The notes beneath the pieces are model-generated. The model did no database searches. It was not told where the DNA came from and was given only the letters and a program-made list of their open reading frames with translations. 64,000 nucleotides of DNA, taken from NCBI GenBank assembly GCA_944340905.1, contig CALVLT010000008.1, positions 2,173 through 66,172 on the forward strand, in the 5' to 3' direction. A program made the position numbers and the translations under genes. This DNA is from an uncultured Clostridia bacterium (GTDB lineage Bacteria > Bacillota > Clostridia > Christensenellales > Borkfalkiaceae). Numbering within the stretch: the stretch's first letter is position 1; each line of letters starts with the position of its first letter. Positions 1 to 9,362 of this stretch are shown here, one piece after another.

Positions 1-2
1 AA

Positions 3-2225
3 ACCTACCATTTCTCCATGTGGGTGAAGCGGCTCGGGTTCAAGGGCGTTGCAAAAGTGTTCATCCGCGGTGCGCACGGCAGGCACACGACGATCGGGGA
101 GATCGCCATTCCTGCGGGCGACGAAGGGGACTGGATCAAGGTGAATACCTCCATTGTCGCCGAAAAGGACACGATGGGACGGTTGTGCATCATCTTTGAA
201 GGGAATGGGAAGATCGGCGTGGACTACGTCTCGCTGCTGCCTGCGACCACGTGGGGAGACCCCGATAAATACCGCAACGGCAAACTTTCCCCCCGCCTTG
301 TGCAGGTGCTCAAGGACTGCCATCCCGCGTTCGTGCGTTTCCCCGGCGGATGCGTCGTGGAAGGGGATGTCTCCTTCGACTACCAGTACAAGTGGCGCAA
401 CACCGTCGGCCCTTTGGAGAGCAGAAAGCAAATCCCCAACCTGTGGCGGTACATGCAGTCCTACGGCATCGGTTTCTATGAATACTTCTGCCTGTGCGAG
501 GACATCGGCGCAACGCCGCTGCCCGTTCTGCACTGCGGCGTACTCTGCCAGATCCGCATGGGGGAACAGCGCAAGACGGGCTATCAGCGCATTGTCCCGG
601 GAACGAGCCGGTTCCAGAGCGAAGTCATCGACAATGTGGCCGATCTCATCTATTTCGCAAAGGGTGACGTCTCCTCTAAGGACAGGAACGAATCCTACTG
701 GGCGAAGGTGCGCACGGATATGGGACACCCCGCGCCCTTCGAACTGAACTATATCGGCATCGGCAATGAGAACTGGGGCTACGAGTACTTCGATAACTTT
801 GCCTCCTGCATCCTCGGCGTGCGGCAGTATATGTACGCGGGCCGCATGACCGACCTTCTCAAGAAATTCGACATCACGGTCGTGACTTCTGCAGGTGTGG
901 ATATTCGCCCGCAGGATTCCAACGACAACTGGAAACTCATCAACGAAAAATACCGCGATATGATCGTCGATGAGCACGTCTACAACTCCTACCAGTGGTT
1001 CATCGACAACACCAAGCGGTACGACAGCTATGACCGCAGCGGCGCCAAGGTGTTCATGGGCGAATATGCCATGCACACGATGGCGGACGGCAGGGGGCGC
1101 CTGAACGGGGACAACAACCTGCGTTCCGCCCTTGCCGAGGCAGCATTCCTGACGGGCTGCGAGCGCAACTCCGACGTGGTGAAGATGACCTGCTATGCAC
1201 CGCTGTTTGCCTCCACCTGCAACTACCGCTGGACGCCGGACATGATCTGGTTCAACGCGCGCGACGTCATGCTCACGCCCAACTACTACGTGCAGCAGAT
1301 GTTTGCCTCCAATGTCGGCAAGTACACGCTGACGGACGTTGCCAGGGTCGACGACGACAATGCGGGGGGACTGCTCTTCGGCGGGCACCGCACGGCAAGC
1401 GCCGTCTCCAGTGTCACCGTCAGGGAGATCGGCAGCGGCAAAGTGCTCTACCGGCACAGCTTCAAGGACGGCATGGGGGGGTGGAAGGTCTATCCCAACT
1501 GCCGCGGCGGACACATCGAGAACGGGGAGCTCATTGTCGAGGAGAGCGATGCGTTCAACGGGTTCTACTATGTCGAGCAGTCCTTCGGCAACTGCGAGGT
1601 AGAGATCGCCTTCCGCAGACTGTCGGGCGAACAGAGTTTCATCGCGGGCGTCGGCGTTGCGGATGTGCGCGACGCGGGCACGATGGACAGCGCGGGATTT
1701 TCCATCTGCTGTCAGTACGGGAAGAACCACAAGGGCTACGACGTCTCCTTCGACAAGCGCGTGGACTTCATCCGCACCGTGTGTGAGATGATGGGGAGGG
1801 ATAAGTTCCTCGGCTACAGCCCCGAGGGCAATGTGCTCAGGCTCCGTTACACGCATAAGACCTTTACGGCGGAGATTTTCAAGGACGATACATGGCACGA
1901 AGTGCTGCACAAAAATATCTGGAAGGTGAACGAGCGTGTGTTCCAGTCGGCAACGGTGGGCGAGGACGGAAAGATTTATCTGAAAGTCGTCAACGTCTCG
2001 GGCAGGGACGAGCAGATGGAGGCGGCGCTTGTCGGTTTCGGCAGCAGGACAAAGGCGAAGGTGACGACGCTCTGGCACGAGGACGTGACCGTCATCAACG
2101 AGATCGGCGTGCGCGCCGGAAAGGTGCACAACATCGAGCCTGTCGAGAGTGAAATCGCCATCGAGGGCGGCGTGCTGAAAGCGCCCCTCAGGAACAACAG
2201 CGTATCCGTATTTGTCATTGAATAA
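3..2225 (+). CDS. alpha-L-arabinofuranosidase-like glycoside hydrolase (GH51-type), 5' end cut by the window edge
   Basis: ORF track 18..2225. The frame stays open back to nt 3 (..TYHFS-MWVK), so the true start lies upstream of the window. GH51-like motifs IGIGNENWG and VFMGEYA are present. Confidence 0.7.
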   Translation, partial: TYHFSMWVKRLGFKGVAKVFIRGAHGRHTTIGEIAIPAGDEGDWIKVNTSIVAEKDTMGRLCIIFEGNGKIGVDYVSLLPATTWGDPDKYRNGKLSPRLVQVLKDCHPAFVRFPGGCVVEGDVSFDYQYKWRNTVGPLESRKQIPNLWRYMQSYGIGFYEYFCLCEDIGATPLPVLHCGVLCQIRMGEQRKTGYQRIVPGTSRFQSEVIDNVADLIYFAKGDVSSKDRNESYWAKVRTDMGHPAPFELNYIGIGNENWGYEYFDNFASCILGVRQYMYAGRMTDLLKKFDITVVTSAGVDIRPQDSNDNWKLINEKYRDMIVDEHVYNSYQWFIDNTKRYDSYDRSGAKVFMGEYAMHTMADGRGRLNGDNNLRSALAEAAFLTGCERNSDVVKMTCYAPLFASTCNYRWTPDMIWFNARDVMLTPNYYVQQMFASNVGKYTLTDVARVDDDNAGGLLFGGHRTASAVSSVTVREIGSGKVLYRHSFKDGMGGWKVYPNCRGGHIENGELIVEESDAFNGFYYVEQSFGNCEVEIAFRRLSGEQSFIAGVGVADVRDAGTMDSAGFSICCQYGKNHKGYDVSFDKRVDFIRTVCEMMGRDKFLGYSPEGNVLRLRYTHKTFTAEIFKDDTWHEVLHKNIWKVNERVFQSATVGEDGKIYLKVVNVSGRDEQMEAALVGFGSRTKAKVTTLWHEDVTVINEIGVRAGKVHNIEPVESEIAIEGGVLKAPLRNNSVSVFVIE

Positions 2226-2240
2226 ATTTGATTGTGGCAT

Positions 2241-2269
2241 GGCCCGTCGGCAACGACGGGCCTTTTTTT
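2241..2269 (+). terminator. Rho-independent terminator
   Basis: GGCCCGTCG-gcaa-CGACGGGCC stem-loop followed by T7. Confidence 0.75.
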
Positions 2270-2303
2270 ATGATCACGTTTTTCCGCCGTTCGGGTGGAG
2301 AGT

Positions 2304-2332
2304 TCATATTTTGTGCGGCCGCCTCATATCAT
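2304..2332 (+). promoter_or_regulatory. sigma-E-type sporulation promoter candidate for the spoIIIA operon
   Basis: TCATATT-N14-CATATCAT resembles the B. subtilis sigma-E consensus (..ATATT-N14-CATACAnT, from memory). The -10 element ends 5 nt before the spoIIIAA ATG. Confidence 0.4.
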
Positions 2333-2337
2333 AGAGC

Positions 2338-3177
2338 ATGCTGGAGTTCCTTCCGCCCCGCCTGAGCGCTGCCGTGCGGCATGTCAACCTCAATCTTCTG
2401 TACGAACTGCGCATCCGCGCGGACAAGCCGCTGCGTGCCAACCTGGGCGGAAAGTTCTGCTATCTGAGGGAGAGCGGCGAGACGGAGCGGGCGGCGTCCG
2501 CCCTTCTCCCGACGCAAGAGGAGATCGCCGATACGCTGTTCGCGGCGAGCGGATATTCCGTCTATTCGGTTGCCGAACAGCTGAAAAAAGGCTTTCTGAC
2601 GGGCGCGGCGGGGGAACGCATCGGAATCGCGGGCAGCTACGTCTATGAAGGCGGCAAAGTGCTCTCCGTTCATGCAGTCACCTCTCTTTGCATCCGCGTG
2701 CCGCATGCGATCGAGGGTTGCGCGGAGAAGATTTACGCGCGCTGCCTTGCCGACAAACTGCGCTCCCTGCTGCTGCTTGCGCCGCCCGGACAGGGGAAGA
2801 CGACGCTGCTGCGCGATCTGTCGCGCATCGTTTGTGAACGGCGGCAGCTCAACGTGCTGGTGAGCGATGAACGCGGGGAGCTGTCGGCGGGCGATCTCGG
2901 CGAGACAGCGGACGTCATGTGCTTTGCAGACAAGCTCACGGCTTTTACAGCAGGGATCCGCGCCATGCGTCCCGACCTGATCGTGACGGATGAGCTGCTC
3001 CCCGAGGACTATGCGGCAGTGGAACGGGCGATCGCAAGCGGCATCTGCGTCTTTGCGTCCGCGCACCTCGTGCGCGTGGCGGACGTGCCGAAAAAACTCT
3101 TTGACCGCTATGTCGTTCTCAGTGGACTGGGGAGCATCGGCCACATCTGCGGGGCGGACGGAAATGTTGTGGATTAA
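2338..3177 (+). CDS. spoIIIAA: stage III sporulation protein AA (ATPase)
   Basis: 279 aa with Walker A LLLAPPGQGKTTLLRDL. It is the first gene of an 8-gene block in the canonical spoIIIA order. Confidence 0.9.
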   Translation: MLEFLPPRLSAAVRHVNLNLLYELRIRADKPLRANLGGKFCYLRESGETERAASALLPTQEEIADTLFAASGYSVYSVAEQLKKGFLTGAAGERIGIAGSYVYEGGKVLSVHAVTSLCIRVPHAIEGCAEKIYARCLADKLRSLLLLAPPGQGKTTLLRDLSRIVCERRQLNVLVSDERGELSAGDLGETADVMCFADKLTAFTAGIRAMRPDLIVTDELLPEDYAAVERAIASGICVFASAHLVRVADVPKKLFDRYVVLSGLGSIGHICGADGNVVD

Positions 3178-3634
3178 GATCCTTCTGGCATGCGTGATCA
3201 TGGCGTTCGGCGTCGGCGTCGGCTGGCTTGCGGCGGGAAAATACCGTTGCAGGTATCACTTTTTCGCACAGATGCATGACTTTAACGAGCGCTATCTGAG
3301 CGAACTCGGGTATGCGCGCAAACCTCTCCCCGCCTTTCTGAATGCCTATCCCGCAACGGGAGATTTTCAAAAGACGCTGAAGGAGTTTTGCGAAACGCGC
3401 GCGGTGCAGCTCAAATACAGCTATCTTACACAGGAGGAGAAAAAGGAGTGCGGCGACTACTTTTCCATGCTCGGCCGCGGCGATGCGCAGTCGCAGAGCG
3501 GATACTTCGGTGCGCACAGAGAGCCGCTCGGGGAGAAAAAGGCGGCATGCGAACGGGAGGCCAAGGCAAAGGGCGGGCTGTATCTCAAGCTCGGCCTGCT
3601 CGGCGCCCTTGCGTTCGTCATCCTCATCATCTGA
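3164..3634 (+). CDS. spoIIIAB: stage III sporulation protein AB
   Basis: Internal ATG at 3164 of ORF 2990..3634 gives MLWIKILLAC.. with an N-terminal TM helix. It overlaps the spoIIIAA end, and position and size fit SpoIIIAB. Confidence 0.75.
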   Translation: MLWIKILLACVIMAFGVGVGWLAAGKYRCRYHFFAQMHDFNERYLSELGYARKPLPAFLNAYPATGDFQKTLKEFCETRAVQLKYSYLTQEEKKECGDYFSMLGRGDAQSQSGYFGAHREPLGEKKAACEREAKAKGGLYLKLGLLGALAFVILII

Positions 3635-3832
3635 ATGGATATTTCCGTCATTTTCAGGCTTGCCGCCATCGGCATTATCGTGACCGTCGTCTGTCAGGTG
3701 CTCAAGAAATCTGACCGCGAGGACATCTCTACGGTCGTCTCCATCGTCGGCCTTGTCATTGCGCTCACGATCGCCGTGACGATGATCGGCGATCTGTTTG
3801 ATACGGTGCAGGAGCTGTTCGGCGTACCATGA
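3635..3832 (+). CDS. spoIIIAC: stage III sporulation protein AC
   Basis: 65-aa protein with two TM helices (MDISVIFRLAAIGIIVTVVCQVLKKS..), typical of SpoIIIAC. Confidence 0.85.
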   Translation: MDISVIFRLAAIGIIVTVVCQVLKKSDREDISTVVSIVGLVIALTIAVTMIGDLFDTVQELFGVP

Positions 3833-4230
3833 CGGCACAAATCTTTCAGCTTGTCGGGATCGCGCTGATCACGGCTGTCGCCGCGCTTGTGGTCAAGGGC
3901 ACAAAGCCCGAACTTGCCGTCGCTGTGACGATCGCGGGGAGCGTGATCCTGCTCCTCTTCGTGCTCGAGGCGTTCCGCGGCAGCATTTCGATTTTTACGG
4001 AGATCGCAGAGATGACAGGGCTGGACGCCGTCATCGTCCGCACACTTCTGAAGATGGTGGGCATCGGATATATCGTAGAGTTCACCGCCGGCATCTTGAA
4101 TGATTTCGGGCAAAACTCCCTTGCGGACAAGCTCGTGTTCTGCGGTAAAATTCTGGTGCTCATTCTTGCCGTTCCCATTCTCGAGAGCATCCTGACGCTG
4201 ATAAGCGACCTGTTGGGGCTGATCGCATGA
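3829..4230 (+). CDS. spoIIIAD: stage III sporulation protein AD
   Basis: 133-aa polytopic membrane protein. Its start overlaps the spoIIIAC stop. Confidence 0.85.
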   Translation: MTAQIFQLVGIALITAVAALVVKGTKPELAVAVTIAGSVILLLFVLEAFRGSISIFTEIAEMTGLDAVIVRTLLKMVGIGYIVEFTAGILNDFGQNSLADKLVFCGKILVLILAVPILESILTLISDLLGLIA

Positions 4231-5438
4231 AATTGTTGACGCGAAAAAAGAACAGACCACATCAGTTCGCGCTGCTGCTTGGGCTGCTATTATTGCTGCT
4301 TGCACTCGGCATAGGGGAGAGCGGAGCAAAGGCCTCGGCGTATACGACGGAGGAAGAGGCGGCGCTCGAACAGTTACAGACGCAGGTACAGGAATTGCTC
4401 GACGCGCTCGACACGCAGGAGTTGCAAGAATATCTTGATTCTCTCGCGCAGTTCGGCGGGCAGGACATCAAGGATACGCTTGCATCGGTGATTTCAGGCG
4501 ATTTCACGCTCGATTACGGCTCGCTTTGGCAGAGCGCGCTCTCCCTCTTGTTTGAAGAGGGGAGGACGATGCTCCCCGCCTTCGCCGTCGTTCTGGCAGC
4601 CGCGTTGCTCTGCGGGATTCTGAATTCTGCAAAAAATGGATTTTTGCAGAGTACTATGTCAGACATAATTAACTTTGCAGCCTATATTTCCGTCGGCGCC
4701 GTCGTGCTGGCGGTCCTGACGAGCGTACTGCAGACGGGGTTTTCAGCCATGCAGAGTATGCAGCGGCAAATGGAGATCGTCTATCCCATTTTGCTTACGC
4801 TCATGGCTGCCAGCGGGGGCTCCGTCTCGGCGGGGGTGTTCCGCCCCGCGGTCGCCTTTCTCTCGAGCGCGGTGTGCGAGCTGTTCACGTCCGTCGTACT
4901 GCCCACATCGGTTGTCGTCATTGTGCTTGCGTTCGTCGGCAACCTCTCGCCCGACGTGCGGACGGAAAAGCTCGGCGATCTGTTCAAGAGCATCAACAAG
5001 TGGCTCATCGGGCTGACGCTCGGCCTTCTCACCCTCTTTCTCACGGTGCAGGGGCTGTCGTCCGCACAGTATGATGGTCTTTCGCTGCGCGCCATCAAAT
5101 ACCTCGTCTCGGGATCGGTGCCCATCGTGGGCGGATTTTTATCGGGCGGGGTGGACCTCGTCCTGGCGGGGAGCGCGCTCATCAAAAATGCGCTCGGGTC
5201 CTTTGCCGTGTTTCTGCTCTTCGGCGCGCTGCTGCGCCCCGTGCTGCTGTTTGCGGCATTTCAGCTCTTCCTGCGGCTCTGCGCGGCGGCGACCGAACCT
5301 GCAGGCGGAAAGATCTCCGCATTTTTGTCGCGCCTCGCCGCAGACAGCGGATTTTTTCTTGCGGGGCTGTTGTGCGTGGCGTTCCTGTATTTTCTTACGC
5401 TCGTACTGCTGGTGTGTTCCACGGGGGTGATCTTCTGA
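4227..5438 (+). CDS. spoIIIAE: stage III sporulation protein AE
   Basis: 403-aa polytopic membrane protein with a signal-like N-terminus, in the canonical operon position. Confidence 0.9.
   Translation: MKLLTRKKNRPHQFALLLGLLLLLLALGIGESGAKASAYTTEEEAALEQLQTQVQELLDALDTQELQEYLDSLAQFGGQDIKDTLASVISGDFTLDYGSLWQSALSLLFEEGRTMLPAFAVVLAAALLCGILNSAKNGFLQSTMSDIINFAAYISVGAVVLAVLTSVLQTGFSAMQSMQRQMEIVYPILLTLMAASGGSVSAGVFRPAVAFLSSAVCELFTSVVLPTSVVVIVLAFVGNLSPDVRTEKLGDLFKSINKWLIGLTLGLLTLFLTVQGLSSAQYDGLSLRAIKYLVSGSVPIVGGFLSGGVDLVLAGSALIKNALGSFAVFLLFGALLRPVLLFAAFQLFLRLCAAATEPAGGKISAFLSRLAADSGFFLAGLLCVAFLYFLTLVLLVCSTGVIF
4647..4672 (+). repeat. dispersed AT-rich quasi-palindrome, copy 1 (inside spoIIIAE)
   Basis: CAG AGTACTATGTC A GACATAATTAA. 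Confidence 0.9.
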
Positions 5439-5893
5439 TGAAGGCATATGTTCTGAGCATTGCGGGCGTTGTGCTGCTGACCGCAGTCATCGCCATCATT
5501 TCTCCGGGCGGAAAGATGGGGAAGTTCCTGAAGGGCGCGGCAAAACTCGTCATCCTGCTCGTCATGGTCTCGCCCCTTGCAACGCTGTTTACGGAAGGGG
5601 AACTCACCTTCGAGACAGCGGCGGTGGAGACGGACGACCAATATCTTGCCTACTGTGCCGAGGAACTTGCCGCCGCGGACGAGGCACAGATCTGCGAAAT
5701 GCTGCGCGAAACGTATGGCGTTCAGGCGGAGGCGGAGGTGTCGCGCGCGGCGGCTACAGGATTTCCCCATGAAAAAATCTGCATCAAAATCACCGATTTC
5801 GGAATAAACGGGCAGGACGAGCATATACATATTAGCGAAGAGATCGAAAGAGCACTCGAATCTCACTACGGGTGCGATGCGGAGGTCACATGA
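5438..5893 (+). CDS. spoIIIAF: stage III sporulation protein AF
   Basis: ATG at 5438 overlaps the spoIIIAE TGA (TGATG). MKAYVLSIAGVVLLTAVIAIISPGG.. has N-terminal TM helices. Confidence 0.7.
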   Translation: MKAYVLSIAGVVLLTAVIAIISPGGKMGKFLKGAAKLVILLVMVSPLATLFTEGELTFETAAVETDDQYLAYCAEELAAADEAQICEMLRETYGVQAEAEVSRAAATGFPHEKICIKITDFGINGQDEHIHISEEIERALESHYGCDAEVT

Positions 5894-6249
5894 AGGAAGC
5901 AATTCGCAGACTGTTCTCGAACAGGACGGCGCGCATCCTTCTCGTCGCATTCGCCGCACTCGTCCTGCTCATCGTCTGTTGGTTCGTGTTCGGCACTTCA
6001 GACGAACAGCCGACGGCGGCGCCGACGGAAGAGGAGGCACGGCTCGCCGCCATCCTGTCGGAGGTGGAGGACGCAGGGAACGTCTCCGTACTTATCACGG
6101 AAGAGGAGGGCGCGCCCGTGAGCGCCGTTGTCATGTTTGACGGAACGGACGGCATCCTCGTCCGCCTGCGGCTCACGCAGATCGCGGCGCGGGCGCTCAA
6201 TATCGCCGAAAACAAGGTGCTCGTCTGTCCGTCCGATGCCCGGAAATAA
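5890..6249 (+). CDS. spoIIIAG: stage III sporulation protein AG (short form)
   Basis: ATG 5890 overlaps the spoIIIAF stop (ATGA). It has one TM helix followed by a V/G-rich C-terminal domain. Assignment rests on position in the operon. Confidence 0.65.
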   Translation: MKEAIRRLFSNRTARILLVAFAALVLLIVCWFVFGTSDEQPTAAPTEEEARLAAILSEVEDAGNVSVLITEEEGAPVSAVVMFDGTDGILVRLRLTQIAARALNIAENKVLVCPSDARK

Positions 6250-6271
6250 TTATTTTGAAGGAGATAAAGTC

Positions 6272-6751
6272 ATGTCCAATACGAAGAAGATCGCCCTGAT
6301 GTCCACGCTTGTGCTGCTGCTCGCCGTGACCGCGATCTGCAACTTTGTGCTCGCGGGCACGCAGGCGCAGAACGTCAACGCCGACGTGCAGGCAAACTAT
6401 TTTACGACGTACCGCGCCGATCGCAATTCCACGCGCAGCGAAGAATTCGTACAGCTCGACAGCGTCATTTCCGCCTACGCGACGGATTCCGAGGAGTATG
6501 CTGCCGCCGTGGAACGCAAGCAGGAGCTTGTCGAAATGATGGAGGATGAGCTTGTCATGGAATCCATCATCAAGGCGATGGGATTTTCCGATGCGGCTGT
6601 CGCCATCGGGGATTCGGACAACATCAATATCTTCGTCAATTCGAGCGAACTGACGAGCGAGATGGTTACGAAAATCTTCTATGCACTCGAAGTGGAGCAC
6701 CAGATCCGCGACGGAAATATTATAATTATGCCCGTTTATGCGGAAAGTTGA
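6272..6751 (+). CDS. spoIIIAH: stage III sporulation protein AH
   Basis: GAAGGAG Shine-Dalgarno 7 nt upstream of ATG 6272. It has an N-terminal TM helix and is the last gene of the block. Confidence 0.65.
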   Translation: MSNTKKIALMSTLVLLLAVTAICNFVLAGTQAQNVNADVQANYFTTYRADRNSTRSEEFVQLDSVISAYATDSEEYAAAVERKQELVEMMEDELVMESIIKAMGFSDAAVAIGDSDNINIFVNSSELTSEMVTKIFYALEVEHQIRDGNIIIMPVYAES

Positions 6752-6811
6752 AAAAAACAGTGGTAATTCGCAAAAAGATGTGCTATAATAGTCTCGGTAA
6801 AGGAGACGGTT

Positions 6812-7186
6812 ATGGCAAGCATCAAGTACAATCCCAACGGTCAGAAGGGAAAGATCACCTATAATTCCGACATCGTGAGCGGGATCGTCGTTCTCAGCCT
6901 GCAGGAGACGGAGGGCATCGAGCTGGTTCCCTCCAAGAACAAGGGCATCAAAGTCTGCTTTGAAAAAGAGGGCGTCTTTGTGGATATCTCCGTCATCGCG
7001 CACTACGGCTATAAGGTGCCCGAACTGGCGTTCCGCATCCAGCAGACGATCAAGCAGATGGTGGAGTCCATGACGAAATATAAGATCGCCAAAGTGGACG
7101 TCCACATCACGAGCGTCATCTTCCCCGCGCCTAAGAGCGAACCTGCGGAGCCTGCGGGCGAGGCGGAAGAAGCGGCAAATGCATAA
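6812..7186 (+). CDS. Asp23/Gls24-family alkaline shock protein
   Basis: 124 aa. The pattern ..ITYNSDIVSGIVVLSLQETEGI.. is typical of the Asp23 family. SD AAGGAG lies upstream. Confidence 0.8.
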   Translation: MASIKYNPNGQKGKITYNSDIVSGIVVLSLQETEGIELVPSKNKGIKVCFEKEGVFVDISVIAHYGYKVPELAFRIQQTIKQMVESMTKYKIAKVDVHITSVIFPAPKSEPAEPAGEAEEAANA

Positions 7187-7247
7187 CTGAAAAGGGTCTG
7201 CGTTCCCTCTCGGCAGCGGGAGGGAACGCTTGCATGAGGAAAACGAT

Positions 7248-7640
7248 ATGAGAAGCGATGCGCGCGAAGCGGCATTCAAGATCATTTTTGCCGATTTGTT
7301 CGGCGGCGACGGGGAGCGCAACTTCCGCGCCGCACTCTATCGGCAGGCGCACCTCAGCGAGGAGGAGTGCACATTTGCGGAACGCATCGTCAATGCGTTC
7401 CTTCGTCATAAAGAAGAACTTTCGGCACAGGTGTCGGCAGCGGTCACAAACTATGCGGAGAACCGCATTTACCCCGCCGACCGCGCGGCGCTCCTGCTTG
7501 CACTGGCGGAGATCAGGTATCTGGACGATGTTCCGCCCGTTGTCTCCGTCTCGGAGGCAACGGCGCTCGCGCGCAAATATTCCACGGAGCGCTCGGCAGA
7601 CTTCGTAAACGGCGTACTCGGGGGGATCATCAACCAATGA
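7248..7640 (+). CDS. nusB: transcription antitermination factor NusB
   Basis: MRSDAREAAFKIIF.. is NusB-like. ATG 7248 has a GAGGA SD, whereas the ORF-track start 7230 is a TTG without SD. Confidence 0.85.
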   Translation: MRSDAREAAFKIIFADLFGGDGERNFRAALYRQAHLSEEECTFAERIVNAFLRHKEELSAQVSAAVTNYAENRIYPADRAALLLALAEIRYLDDVPPVVSVSEATALARKYSTERSADFVNGVLGGIINQ

Positions 7641-8482
7641 CGCTGATCGACGGAAAGAAGATCGCGGCGGATATCCGTGCGGAACTGCGCGAAAAGACGC
7701 TGCAATTCCAGAAAAGGTACGGCAGGCAGGTGGGCTTGGCCGTCGTGTTGGTGGGGGAGGACCCCGCCTCGCAGGTGTACGTGCGTAACAAGATCAGGGC
7801 TTGCGAAGAGGCGGGCATCCGCTCTTTTGCGCATTATCTGCCCGCCGATGCGCCGCAGCGCGCCGTGGAGGAATTGGTTTGCTCCCTTGCGGCGGACGAC
7901 GAGGTGCACGGCATCCTCGTGCAGCTTCCTCTCCCGCCCCACCTGGATGCGGAGCGCATCCTTGCATGCATTCCCGCATCCAAAGATGTGGACGGTTTCT
8001 CCGCCCAAAATATCGGACGGCTGGCGCTCGGCGAGGAGGGGACGGTCGCATGCACGCCGCTCGGTGTGATGGAACTTCTGCGCCGCAGCAAGATCGAGAC
8101 GCGCGGCAGGCGTGCCGTGGTGCTCGGAAGGAGCAAGATCGTCGGCAGGCCGATGGCGCTCCTGCTGCTCAACGCCGATGCGACGGTCACGGTCTGCCAT
8201 TCGCACACGCAGGGACTTGCCGCGATCTGCGCACAGGCGGACATCCTTGTCGCGGCAATCGGAAAACCGCGCTTTGTGACGGCTGATATGGTCAAAGGGG
8301 GCGCTGTCGTCATCGATGTGGGCATCAACCGCGTTGACGGCAAACTGGTCGGCGACGTGGATTTCGAGCATGTCGCTCCCAAGACATCCTTCATCACGCC
8401 CGTCCCGGGCGGCGTGGGGCCGATGACCATCGCAATGCTGCTTTGCAACGCGCTCGCCTGCGCTGAGAGGGCAATGCAATGA
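7637..8482 (+). CDS. folD: bifunctional methylenetetrahydrofolate dehydrogenase/cyclohydrolase
   Basis: 281 aa, MTLIDGKKIAADIR..PVPGGVGPMTIAML. The start overlaps the nusB stop (ATGA). Confidence 0.95.
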   Translation: MTLIDGKKIAADIRAELREKTLQFQKRYGRQVGLAVVLVGEDPASQVYVRNKIRACEEAGIRSFAHYLPADAPQRAVEELVCSLAADDEVHGILVQLPLPPHLDAERILACIPASKDVDGFSAQNIGRLALGEEGTVACTPLGVMELLRRSKIETRGRRAVVLGRSKIVGRPMALLLLNADATVTVCHSHTQGLAAICAQADILVAAIGKPRFVTADMVKGGAVVIDVGINRVDGKLVGDVDFEHVAPKTSFITPVPGGVGPMTIAMLLCNALACAERAMQ

Positions 8483-9351
8483 ACTACAGCGAACGCTACG
8501 AAAACTATCGCACGCATTTTGAAGAATACCTGCAAAAAAGGTGCGCGGGTATGGCTTTTCAGCCCGAAATCCTGACGGAGAGCATGCGCTATTCTCTGCT
8601 CTCGGGCGGAAAGCGCGTGCGGCCCGTGCTCTTTTTTTGTGCGCTCGAGGCGTTCGGGAAGGACTACCGCGGGGAGGAGGAGCTGGCGTTCGCGCTCGAG
8701 TGCATCCACACCTATTCCCTCATCCACGACGACCTTCCCGCCATGGACAACGACGATTTCCGTCGCGGAATGCCCTCCAACCACAAGGTGTTCGGGGAGG
8801 GGAATGCCATTCTTGCGGGCGACGCGCTGCTCTCGTATGCGTTCGATATTCTGCTTGCAGAATGCGGGCGGGACGCCGGACATCTGCGCGCGGCTCAGGC
8901 TCTCTCGCGCGCCGCGGGTGCGGAGGGAATGGTCGCGGGACAGTCGCTCGATTTGATGTGTACGGGTGCGGAGGGCGGCGAGAGCGAGCTTGCACAAATC
9001 TACCGCAACAAGACGGGACGACTGATCGCGGCTCCCGTCGTGATGGCGGCGCTGCTCGCGGGAAGATATGCGGCGGAGGCGGAGGAATTCGGGCTTGCGC
9101 TGGGCGATCTGTTCCAGCTCACCGACGACATTCTCGACGCTGTCGGAACGCGCGAGGCGCTCGGCAAATCGGTGGGCAAAGATGCACAGGAGGGCAAGCT
9201 GACCGCCGTCCGCGTATACGGATTGGAGGGCGCGCGCGAACAGGCGGACGCACGCATGCGCAAATGCCTTGCGATCCTGCATACAATGGACGGGGCGGAT
9301 ACGACCTTTCTGGAAGATCTTACAAGGTATGTCCGCCGCAGGGAGAAGTGA
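8479..9351 (+). CDS. ispA: polyprenyl (farnesyl/geranyl) diphosphate synthase
   Basis: Both DDxxD motifs are present (LIHDDLPAMDNDDFRRG and QLTDDILD). The start overlaps the folD stop. Confidence 0.85.
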   Translation: MNYSERYENYRTHFEEYLQKRCAGMAFQPEILTESMRYSLLSGGKRVRPVLFFCALEAFGKDYRGEEELAFALECIHTYSLIHDDLPAMDNDDFRRGMPSNHKVFGEGNAILAGDALLSYAFDILLAECGRDAGHLRAAQALSRAAGAEGMVAGQSLDLMCTGAEGGESELAQIYRNKTGRLIAAPVVMAALLAGRYAAEAEEFGLALGDLFQLTDDILDAVGTREALGKSVGKDAQEGKLTAVRVYGLEGAREQADARMRKCLAILHTMDGADTTFLEDLTRYVRRREK

Positions 9352-9362
9352 GGGGCGCAGGG

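Noticed and set aside
7834-9282. Very long antisense or shadow ORFs opposite real genes, for example 7834..9282(-), 13254..14786(-), 30625..32310(+), 44287..45930(+), 59016..60344(+) and 60857..61942(+).
   Set aside because: Their products are Arg/Ala/Gly/Pro-rich with no recognisable family motifs, and they overlap well-supported genes completely. This is the usual stop-codon-poor antisense frame of GC-rich DNA.
8541-9362. Long N-terminal extensions of ORF-track entries (8541.. for dxs, 19336.. for scpA, 42013.. for spoVG, 2990.. for spoIIIAB, 36064 for glgD, 56555 for the methyltransferase).
   Set aside because: The extensions run across the preceding gene in another frame and look like composition-driven read-through. 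Family-typical N-termini with an SD or start/stop overlap occur at internal ATGs.
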